DNA of 20,000 nucleotides from assembly GCA_048213135.1 (NCBI GenBank), contig PS015016.1, forward strand, positions 49,627-69,626, written 5' to 3'. Below are positions 1 through 10,000 of the stretch, in pieces. Origin of the DNA: Reclinomonas americana ATCC 50394 (lineage: Eukaryota). Under the pieces are notes generated by a model, which made no database searches, was not told the DNA's origin, and saw nothing but the letters and a program-made list of their open reading frames with translations. Made by a program: the position numbers and the translations under genes. Numbering within the stretch: the first letter of the stretch is position 1; each line of letters starts with the position of its first letter.

Positions 1-799
1 GGCATGCCCACAAAGTACTGATTGAGGAAGCGCCCGGGATCGTCGCTGGCACCCGAGTACGTGCGCAAGTGCGCATCCATGTCACGATACAGGCCCTCGT
101 CCGGCTGCAGCACCATCACCGCCGGGTGGAAGCTGCACGGCTGCGTCATCACCGCACACAGTCGACCCGGGCACGCAAACACATCGTCGATCGCGCCAAA
201 CGCCATAATGCCCGGCGCCAAGTACAACACTCGTCGGTACTCGGCCAGCCGCCACAGCATAAGCACGCGCGAGATGCGCTGGTACATGGGCGGGAAGTCG
301 TCGGGGGTAGACGAGGCGCCTGCAGCAGAGGCCGCCACTGCAGCGGCCTCAGAGGCGGCCGCACTTGCCGCCGCCGCCTCGTCGACATCCTCAATGTCAA
401 TCAGTCGTGCATTGAAGGTGCTCGAGAGCAGCAGACCGCGCACTCGCAGCGACACGTGGCGAGTGACCAGTGCAGTGACCTCGCGTCGCGTGCCCGAGCG
501 CAGCACCGAGTGCAGTGTCACAAACGCCGCCAACTGCATGCACGCGCGTGTGTGACACGTGTGTGTCTGTGTAATGAGAAGAGCGACGAGGGGGGCGCAA
601 CTGCTTCGTCGTCTGAGCTGATCAGTGTGACAATGGCCTCCTCGCCTGCGCGTGCACGCGGGGTGGTGACAGGCGAGGAGGAGGAGGTCTGTGTTGACGA
701 GGGCGGCTGTGATGTCGAGGAGGCGGCATTCACTGCAGCCACGATGCACACCAGCAGGAGTGCTGCGGTGACACCCGCCGCAAGCCTCCTTGCGCGCAT
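1..799 (-). CDS. GT8-family glycosyltransferase (glycogenin/PGSIP7-8-like) with N-terminal signal or anchor; 3' end runs off the window; DxD motif degenerate
   Basis: ATG at 799, MRARRLAAGVTAALLLVCIVAAVNA; intron 601-534 (GTTGCGC...CAG). Spliced product contains LWRLAEYRRVLYLAPGIMAFGAIDDVFACPGRLCAVMTQPCSFHPAVMVLQPDEGLYRDM...RFLNQYF, which follows the GT8 motif order (LW.L.EY.+V+YLDAD / +D+LF / F..G+.VL.P / DQGFLN.YF). Confidence 0.8.
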
Positions 800-983
800 G
801 GGTGTGTGTGTGCGTGTGTGTGGTGTAGTGGAAGAACGAAAATGCATAGCANNNNNNNNNNNNNNNNNNNNACGGCCGACGACGAGAACGACGACATGGG
901 AATGTCCGCAGGTGCTGTTCGCGGAACTTGCCAGCAGTACCGTGTACATTGGTTTCATCGTTAACATTGCGTGCGCAGACGCC

Positions 984-1739
984 ATGCAAGCAATCTCCAC
1001 ACCCGGCCAGGCATTGTATGCGCCACGGAGTAGTGTCGCTGCAGCCTCGGCTGCTGCCGGCGCCGCCCCGGCATCGGCTGTCCCCTATTCTGCCGCCGCC
1101 GCCGGCGGCATGTCGTCATCGACGACCACAACAACAACAACCACGCCGGGTTACCTTGGCGCACCCCCATCGGCGCCACCACGACCTGGGCGCGCTGATC
1201 ACCCAGCGTCGCGTCTGTTGACGTCGACCACGGCGAGAATGGCGGAGACCGCCACTGACGATTACGATGATGCGGGATTGGACGGAGAGCCAGGCGGACC
1301 GGGAAGCGCCTCACTGCAAGTGCGGCGACAGGAGTTTGATCGAACCGTGTTTATGACGGCGCAGGCGCTGGAGGAGGAGCGGTTGCGCGAGCTGCAGGCG
1401 CTGGAGGCCGATATTGAGGATCTGGCCGAGCTGTTTGAGGTGCGTTCGAGTCATGCGCTACCTCGCGCGCCATCGTTTTACAGTGCACTCACTCGTGGTG
1501 CGCGCTGCCAGGATTTCAATGCGGAAGTGTACGCACAAGCCAAGGACATTGAGACGCTGTCGGATAACATCCAACGCGTGGACGACTACACAAACCAGGG
1601 CTTCCAGGCCGTGCTGCAAGTTTCGTGCGATTGTGGGTCCTCCTTCTTTCCACCCCCTCGCGTGTCTTACCCCTCGTCTGTGCAGGCTCGAAAGCATCAG
1701 ATTTCGGCACGCAAAAAGATGATGTGCTCGGTGATGTAG
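984..1739 (+). CDS. Syntaxin-like Qa-SNARE with no transmembrane helix, ending in CaaX (CSVM)
   Basis: Exons 984-1439, 1512-1619, 1686-1739. The spliced sequence EERLRELQALEADIEDLAELFEDFNAEVYAQAKDIETLSDNIQRVDDYTNQGFQAVLQARKHQISARKKMMCSVM is a typical syntaxin SNARE motif with a zero-layer Q. Confidence 0.85.
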   Translation: MQAISTPGQALYAPRSSVAAASAAAGAAPASAVPYSAAAAGGMSSSTTTTTTTTPGYLGAPPSAPPRPGRADHPASRLLTSTTARMAETATDDYDDAGLDGEPGGPGSASLQVRRQEFDRTVFMTAQALEEERLRELQALEADIEDLAELFEVRSSHALPRAPSFYSALTRGARCQDFNAEVYAQAKDIETLSDNIQRVDDYTNQGFQAVLQVSCDCGSSFFPPPRVSYPSSVQARKHQISARKKMMCSVM

Positions 1740-1849
1740 TAGTTGTGGCGTAATGAACTTTGATTGGCTGTTTTTTTTGTGATTGCCTGCATGCCATCAT
1801 CGTTCATCAACAAGAGGCGGTTCATTATTGCAAAAAAACAAAAACACTA

Positions 1850-4807
1850 CTATGAGCCACTGTCACCGGCGCTGTCAGCCTCCTTGACACCGAACTTTAT
1901 GCCGTCGTCCTCCTCCATCAGCGCAGTGAGGAATCCGCCAATGTTTCGTCGCTTCGGCTCCTCGGCCGACGGTGGTTCGCTCCGCGAGCTGGCGCGCGGA
2001 TCCCACGCCCGCTCGCCGTCGGGCTTCACAGTGAACACCCGTGATGCATTGCGCCGCCGCGGTGGACCAATGTCACCCGCCGCCATTGCTCCCACACTGG
2101 TCCCCATGCTGTTGCGCCCCATTCCACCGCCAATCTGCGGTGGGCCACGCACACGCGGTGGTGGTGCTTGTCGCGACAGCACGTGGCGCAGCCCACTCGG
2201 TTGCAGCATCACGGGCTTCTGCAGCGGCGATTCGTCACCTGCCGCACCACTGTCGTCGGAAATGCCGGAGGTGCCGGCGCCGAATGCAGGAGCAGCGGCC
2301 GACTTTGCAGGAGTGGCCTTGCGCCACACGGGCTCGTATCTGGTGAAGCCACCGACTTGACGCAGAGCCGCTCGCACCTCGGCTGCACACACGGAGCTGA
2401 TGAGTGCGCGTCACACACAACAGGCATGAACAAACACACAGACACGCGCACACCTCTTTGTGGCCGAGCAGAGGAAAACATTCGACCCCGGTCGTCTTGT
2501 TGCATGTAAAAGTCGCTGATATCGGAGATACTTGAGGTGTCACTCTCCGCGTCGGTGTCGTACCGGCGGCGCACGGGACTCGGCACGCGCGCACTCTCCC
2601 TGTTGTACTTGTTTGTCATCATCGACGAGGTGCTGCGGCTGTCGTCGTCGTCCGTGTCGGTCGGCGGCACATGCGTCATCATTACGTAGCGCATGGCAGC
2701 CTCCACCGTCACCAAGTGGAAACCCAGCTCTGAGGCAACAAGCGTGTGTGAGAGACACATTGGGAGAGGACGACATGAGAGCAGAATGCTGATAACTCAC
2801 CTGTGGGTGCCACAGCCTGCGGCATGCACTCACGCATGTATTCGCAGTTGGCAAACACACACCGCGCTTGTGTTTGCACAAGAGCCCAGGCCACCAACGG
2901 CAGCAACTCATCCGTGGTCAGCAGCTGCGCCGTACCGCCTGTGACAAGAAAGAGTCAGTCAACAAATGTTGCGTGTTGTGCGTGTAAGCAGTCTAGCGCA
3001 CCAGTTTGTGAGGCCTGACTCTCCGACGCCGAGTTGGCGGCCGTGGCCACCGATCGCACAAATCCCGAGAGCACATACAGTTTCTCCAGTGGATTGGTGA
3101 ACTGATTGAGCGCATGCAACACTCGTCCACGCTGCGGCAACTCCACCATGCCCACCCAGTCGGCGACGCCAAAATCCTGCGGCGTACGATCCTGCAAGCT
3201 CTCGTAGGCCTCCTCCAGCTGCACGTCTTGCTCCCGGTTGACGGTGCGAATGTGATCAAACAGCTTCTCGTACACTGCCGCGCCAACGGGGTGAGTATTG
3301 TGAAGCACATGAGCATTCAGAGAGAGGAAATCTCACCATAGTGATGCACATACGAATGCATGGCCTTGCTGATCTTGGGTGCCAGCGAGGGATCTGTCTG
3401 GCACGTGGCAGCCGTGCGAACATCGCTGTTGATGTATGCGTCGGTGAACTGGTTGTGCAGTCGGTCCAGCTTGTCAATGGACTGGCGCTCGTAGCCCGGC
3501 AAGAGAATCATGGACCGGTTGAACTCGCCGAGTTTCACGCGCAGTCGCAGGAGGACTTTGGCGCCCTCGCTGCCGGCACACGTCTTCAAAAAGTCTTCCA
3601 TACTGCACGCAAACATACGCATACACACAGACAAGGATGAGGATGAGCATGGAAGTGCCTTGTGGAAGCACTGTCATTGTCCACGCACGCTCGGAAACCC
3701 CATGGAATGATGCTGGTATCCTCGCGCTGTGCAGCAGCAGCAGCAGCTGCCGACGACGATGACGACTTGCCCGCCTGTCCATTCACATGAGCAGCGGCCA
3801 CAGGCACACCGGCGCCAGCCGCCGCCTTTAGATCGTCGACACTGGCCGAGCCGGCCAACGAGCGCGGCGAATGCGTGGCAGACGACGACGACGGACTGAT
3901 ATTGCCCGACGACGACACACTGCCGGCGGCCGCCGCCAGCGCCACAGGTGCATGGTACGGCAACGTACTCAGATCGAGCTTGGCCGGCAACGCACCGCTC
4001 TCCGCCGGTCGGTACTCATTCAACGGGAACGGAATGCTGATCAGCCGCAGCGTCGCCGACGCCGATCGTCTCCGCGAGACCGAATCCGCAGCTGCTGCTC
4101 CTCCTCCATTACCACCACTGTTGCCACCACCAGAGACATCCTCGTAATCATCGTCGGGAGTCGCGGTGCGGTGGTGATGCTGACCAGTGGAGAAACGCGC
4201 CTCCTCGGCCAACACCGGCACTCGCATACCCGTGGGGAAACCACCATTCTGCTCACCGACGTGTCAGCTGCAGAGACAGCTCATCGAGAGCACACAAGAC
4301 TCACCGGTACTGCCACGAGGTATCCATCGGCAATCGTCACCTGCTGATCTCGGCTCGTGATGAAACGACCTCGAAAGTACGGCGACGGGAAGAAAATGTG
4401 TGACACTGTGCAGTCACAGTAAGTCAATGACCCCCATATGTGTGTACAGAGTGCGTGTTTGTGCATGTGTGCGTGTCAGAGAGAGTAGAAGAGGACGATA
4501 CGCAACAGAGTGCATCTCGCCGCCGTGTTTTGCGCGTGGCCGCTGACTCTGACGATGATGACGACATTGCTCCTCCTCCTGCTCCTCCCAGTGATGACAC
4601 ACCAGCACCACCACCACCAGCAAGAGCAGAAGGAGGAGGTGGAGGTGGTGGAGGAGGAGGTTGTGCATTGGGCAAGCCGAGCAGCCACTCACAGCGACTG
4701 GTGGGCAGTGCCACGACTCCACCCATGGCATTCGCTCGTGCAATCTCCTCGCCACACTCGGCACATAGCACACGCAGGAGCGGGTGGTCAGCCAGTGAAA
4801 CCTCCAT
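1850..4807 (-). CDS. VPS9-domain Rab GEF with VARP/ANKRD27-like N-terminal region, no ankyrin repeats; 7 introns
   Basis: Start MEVSLADHPLLRVL...GGVVALP, then SHIFFPSPYFRGRFITSRDQQVTIADGYLV, GFPTGMRVPVLAEE, LRLISIPFPL (VARP-like N-terminus). VPS9 core: VYEKLF...NPLEKL...LTTDELLPLVAWALVQ...ANCEYM...ELGFHLVTVEAAMRYV. All introns GT-AG and frame-consistent. Confidence 0.85.
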
Positions 4808-4891
4808 TCGTTCGTTTGCAGAGAGAGAGAGTGGTTGTGACAGTCTGATCGCGCGAGCTTGACTGCACCACTTCGTTCTCACCCTGTCACC
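4808..4891. promoter_or_regulatory. 84-bp divergent intergenic region (putative bidirectional promoter)
   Basis: Lies between inferred ATGs at 4807 (-) and 4892 (+). Confidence 0.45.
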
Positions 4892-6017
4892 ATGGGCCAA
4901 GATCTGTCAAACATCCACGAGTCTGCTCGACTCGTAGAGTTGCGCACCACACACCACGCAGTCGTTGAATGTGTGGCTGACACGCGCGCACCCAGCTCGA
5001 CTCTGATGCCTCCGCCTCCACGTTCCTCTCCTCTTCCTCCTCCTCCTCCTGCTGCTGCTGCTCCTCCTCCCACTGCTCCTGCTACTGTGACAGTGACAGA
5101 AGCAACAGCAGCAGCGCCAGAAGCCGAAACAACACAGGTCACTGGCGCATATCGCCTCTTTATCTCTCTCCTCCCTGTCTGACAGAAGCACACACAGAAG
5201 CAGGAAGAGAAACCACCACCTCGTGGCAAGGGCAAGGTCAAGGGCGGCCTGAACATCATTGTGGCGACAGAAGGACGCTTTGTGCTGGAGGAACCTCGTG
5301 GGAATGCGCACGTGTCGTTTGGACGCTCGGCACCGGGTGGAAAGCCGCTGTTGGCGCCCTCGGAGGCACTCTACATGCACGGCATGCGTCGTGCGTGTGT
5401 GAAGCGAAAGGCCACCGATGCCAACAATATCAAGATCCGTGATCTGTACGGCATGTGCTCGGCCGTTCGTGTGGCGGCCGGCGACGTGCGGGATCCGGAT
5501 GTGCGGATGGATTGGGGAGAGTTTGCGGCGTACTCGTTGTTGCGACAGGACGCGGTGGCGCGGTTGCGTTTGTCGAGCAGGCGGCAGCAGCGTCGCGGTC
5601 GTCGCAGTCGACACCACGGCTCGTCGGTGCTGCACTATGCCGGTGGACGGTGGAATTCGAGACTTGCCGATGATGCAGAAGAAGGAGAAGAAGCGCAGGT
5701 GGAGCAGATGGATGAGATGGAAGAGGTGCCGCAGACCATGGTGGACGTCTTTCAAGCTGCAAGCACCCGTCGACAGATGGAGACGCAACGTGAGCACAAG
5801 CTGACGGGAGTGGCCTTGGTCGTACCGTGCGTACCACATGCTTGTCGTTGCTGCCTCCTGCGGGTTTTCTCGTTCACTCACGCATCGCAGCATGGAGGAG
5901 CGCCTGACTACGGATATTGCGCGTGCCGCGTGTAATCGCAGCGGAGTCTCCTTGCTGGCCATGTCGACGCCACGCAATGTCACCATCTATCGCACGGCCG
6001 ACGGCATTAACGAGTGA
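4892..6017 (+). CDS. TSEN54: tRNA-splicing endonuclease subunit Sen54-like protein
   Basis: VLEEPRGNAHVSFGRSAPGGKPLLAPSEALYM resembles the Sen54 N-terminal motif (V...+G....+G.....L.PEEALYL), followed by FAAYSLLR. Introns 4939-4995, about 5138-5197 and 5827-5890. Last exon MEERL...VSLLAMSTPRNVTIYRTADGINE*. Confidence 0.65.
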
Positions 6018-6020
6018 CGT

Positions 6021-7011
6021 TTACTTGCGCGTACGTGCCCGTTTCTTTGGTGGCGCCTCTTTTTCTTCTTGCGACGGTGGAGGCGCGGCCGCCGTGGATC
6101 CAGACGCCTCGTCGGCTGTTCGCTTGTCGCCTGCCTTTGCTGCTGCCGGCGGGGATGGCAATGGCGACTGCAGGCCGTGCTTGGCACGAGCGTGAAACAC
6201 CCACAACGCCCGCTCCAGCTGCCGCGGAGTGACGCCAAGCTCGGTGGCGCGCTCGCACATGGCCGTCGCGTAGCGCATGTAGTAGGGAACAGTGAAGGCC
6301 ACCTTGCCCAGCTCTGGCACCAAGTGCGCCATGTCCTCATCGAAAAACGGCACACCCTCGGTCATGCACGAGAGGAACGCCGACGCCGTGGCCGGTCCAA
6401 CGCCGCTCAACTCGCACAGCGTCGTAATCGCCCCACGCAGATCGCCGTCGACCTTGAACAGCCGATAAGCACGCTCCGATAGCTGTCGCACAGTGGCATC
6501 GTCGTTCGAGGCCACTGCACCACAATAAGCATGATACGACACGACATGAGACAAACACGACGACTCAACCGAGAGCGCCATTCCGCGGTCGGAACTGCAC
6601 GCAGAGAGTGAGGAACATAAGGACAATGGTAGCAACAGTTGCTGCTCCCACCTTGCCACGAGCCATCTGCGCGGAGAGTAAGCACGTGCATGCATGCAAA
6701 GACAACGATCTTCCCTCCCAACCAAACCTTCCAGGAAGTAATGATCGACGCCTCGTCACGAGTCATGTACACAGCATCGTCGCCCACTCGCTGCTGCACG
6801 GCCGCACGAACCTGCACGCCACAGACACACGCGCGTGAGACAACAACAACACAAGAGGTCGACATCGACCTCCAGCTGCAACCTTGCCAAACGCCTCCTC
6901 CATCTCGCGCAGCTTGTCGCCAGCCTTCCCCGGCACAGCTCGCACTGCGGCATCGTATGCCGCCGCATCGGAAAGCTGCAACACGGCCTCTGCGCTCTCC
7001 ACAGGCCACAT
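6021..7011 (-). CDS. Amun-like helix-hairpin-helix (DNA glycosylase-like) protein; 4 introns
   Basis: Spliced MWPVESAE...YMTRDEASIITSWK-MARGK-FRPRNGAL-VASNDDATVRQLSERAY...AITTLCELSGVGPATASAFLS...VPFFDE...LERALW. WK..RGKFRP and L..L.GVGPATASA are the family signatures. The basic C-terminus PPKKRARTRK looks like an NLS. Confidence 0.85.
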
Positions 7012-7059
7012 ATGAGAAGTCAATCAGTCGACAGAGTGAAAGCTTCTCTAATATAACGA
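7012..7059. promoter_or_regulatory. 48-bp divergent intergenic region (putative bidirectional promoter)
   Basis: Lies between inferred ATGs at 7011 (-) and 7060 (+); AT-richer than its flanks, contains TAATATAA. Confidence 0.5.
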
Positions 7060-10000
7060 ATGGTCAAGCAGCAGTGGTGGTTGCTTGTCGCGCTGGTCGC
7101 TGTTGCCTGGTGCACTGTGAGCTCCACTGCGAGCAGCACTGGTGGTGTGCCGCACTATGTCGATGTGCACGGAGTGCCACTCCACGTCGAACCCTCCTCT
7201 CTGCATCTCGACGCGGGTCCCAGTTGCGTGTGTGTGCGAGAGAGAGCAGAAGGCGCATTGTGTGCACATAAAGACACTCACATCTGCGTGTGTGTGTGCA
7301 GCTGTCACGAGTGTTTCTCCGGAGGTTTGCATTGCATTTGCATTCTGTGCTCTGCATCTTCTTCCTCCAACTCACTGCACACACACACACACACACACAG
7401 AAAATCGTGCGCGTGTTGGATCACCAACTGACAGTCAAGGGCACTGGGTTTACGACGACCGACAAGGCGCAGTTTGCGGTCGGTGGCCACGGATGCGAGA
7501 CCGCGGTCGATGACATGGTGGTGTCGACTGTGACGGTGACTGCGGCCGATCCCACCACCATGGTGGTGGCCATGTTTGCGCATGTGTCGGCAGGCGGGCG
7601 CTACTGGTTGTGCGTGCAGTCGCAGGGCATGGGCCCGTGGCTGAATTTCACAAACAGTCACGTGGAGGTGCTGAGTTGCGTTCGTTGGACACACACTGCT
7701 CTTGCGTCTCTGCTTCTCTTCTTGCTTTGAGGTTCACACGGTGTTTCTTTTTGTGCAGTGGGTATGACGAGCAGCTTTTATCCGCGTCTGCTGGACAACC
7801 ACGGTCCGAGCATGTTGCAGTTGTATGGCACGAGTCTGCCGATCACCGCGCCGGCGACTGCGTTCCGCTTTATTGATGCCACTGGCGGCAACAACTTTTC
7901 GTGCCAGGTGCTTTTCTTTTTTGCAATCCCCTGCTCTCGCTGCGATGCATGTGCTTACTGTGTTCGAAAAAGACCGCGGATCCCAAGCCAGCGATTAACA
8001 CCATCACCATTACCGCGGTGCCGCAACCGACCGCCGAGCATGTGACGCTGCAGCTGACACCCACCACCACCTTCTCGGGTCTGGCGTTCCTCTGCGTACT
8101 GTGCGTTGTGGTCGATGGGGGTGTGCTGTTGTCGACGGCGGATTGCTGACTTTTTGAACACAGCTTCCCGGGCATGGACATTTACGAGCCCGCGTCGCAC
8201 GGCGGTGCTGTGCCGTTGCCGATTCACATTACGGAGAACGCCGAACCCACTCTGACTGGCCTCACGCCGCTGCAGACGAGCCTGTGGTCCTCGATCACTG
8301 TCAGCGTGCAGGGCACGCAGCTGAGGTGAGTGTTTCATCGCTTCCCCCCTTGCCGACAGCCAAGCTGAGCTCGTGACGCGATGCAGCGCGATGGAGGACG
8401 TCATTGTCATCAACGCTGTGGGCAACTGCTCGCCGCCCACTGCTTCCCCGGACTCGGTGGTAAGTGTGCACTCCTGTCCGTCATCGTCGTGCAGTGTTTT
8501 TTTCTCACGCTGCTGTCTTTCGCAGATCCAAGGCGTGCCCGACATTGTCAGCGACACTGCCATTGACTTTATGCTGAAGATCGGCGGTTCGTACAACCTG
8601 CAAGTGTGCATCAAGTTCACCGGTCAGGCAGACTACACCATGGTTCCTGGTGGACCCATTGCGGTGCTCTGTTGCGTTCGCCTCCCTGCGTGTGCACATC
8701 CTCCTGCTCTTCCTTCTGACGACGATTCGACTCGTTCTTTTGTTTCACAGCGCCTTCGGTGAAGACTTTTACGCCGCCGACAATCGCGCCCAACATTCTC
8801 ACGGTCATCACCTTTACTGGAGACAATCTCGCGGGGTGAGTCGTCTCGCGGCTGATGTCACTGCTCTCATCGCCGCAAAAGGTCTCACCGTGCGTGAACA
8901 GTGGCACACAGCAGCTGCTGGTCACCGACGCCAACAACAACTGCGTCGCGAACTCGGCCAGCATCACGGTCGGAAAGACGGCCGCACCGGATGCCCAGCA
9001 TCTCACCTTTGAGGGTGCGTTTGCATGCGCTTATTTGTCTTTCATCATGGCAAGCAGAGCGTGACTAAATTCTCCGCTTGTGCAGTGACGACCACGGCCG
9101 CTGCTGGCACCAGCTATTCCATGTGCATCAAGTTGCGTTGCGACCGGCTGCGTGACTCTTGCCACACCTTCAGCACATCCAACTTACCCCGCATGCTGAT
9201 AATGTAGATACTCTGGCGCTCCGGCCTTCGCCCCGCTGACTGGATCATCGCTCAAGGTGGCGACGTCCACCCTCACCGGCATCGCGCCGGGACTCGTGTC
9301 ACTGACTGCGGCGACCACGGTCACCATCTCGGGCACCGTTCTCGGCGGCGTCACCGACGTGATTGTCATTCAGTCCACACAAACCTGCGCCTCTGGCCAG
9401 ACGGTCCGTCTCGCCATTTCGCCACTCCCTGTGTCTCTTGTTATCTCGCTTCCTTCCCCTGACTGGTGTATGTTTGTGCAGCCGCTGGCGCCGGTCACCA
9501 AGGTCACTCCGTCCGCAAACCAAGTGACGTTCTCCGTGCAGCCGACCCAGGCTGGCGTCTACAGCGCATGCGCTCGTCTTGCCACCGGTGCTGCGTACAC
9601 GGCGGTGCCTGGCACATTCAGTGCTGGCGCCAGCACGAGCGGAGTGCAGCCGAGCACGATTCCGGTGGTGGCTGTCACCACGATGAGCATCTCTGGTGTG
9701 GATCTGGACAACTCGACCGTGCTCACGGTGGTCGCGGCCGGCGAAACTTGCATGTTCACCAACCCTCCGCCACTTCCTGTTGCGTCTGCCGCCGCCGCCG
9801 CTGTGCCCCATCCACCTCCGATCTCCACTCACTGCTGTCGCGTGTAGAACGGCTTGCAACTGTCGAACTTTGCCGTGGTCTCGCCGCAGCTGCTCACCAT
9901 TGGAGTGAGCGCGCCGTTCCCCGCCGCCAACTACAAGTTCTGCATCATGCTGTCGCCGGCCGGCTACTCGGATGTGACGAATGGCGGCTTTGCGGCCGCG

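Noticed and set aside
69-983. N-terminal half of the 556-aa plus-strand ORF, and ORF 22-555
   Set aside because: Antisense shadows of the GT8 gene that read through an N-gap.
1737-1800. Stop-codon reassignment or readthrough giving the syntaxin a TM segment
   Set aside because: It needs readthrough of TAG, TAG and TGA. No in-frame stops occur in any reconstructed exon, and all three stop codons end genes in this window.
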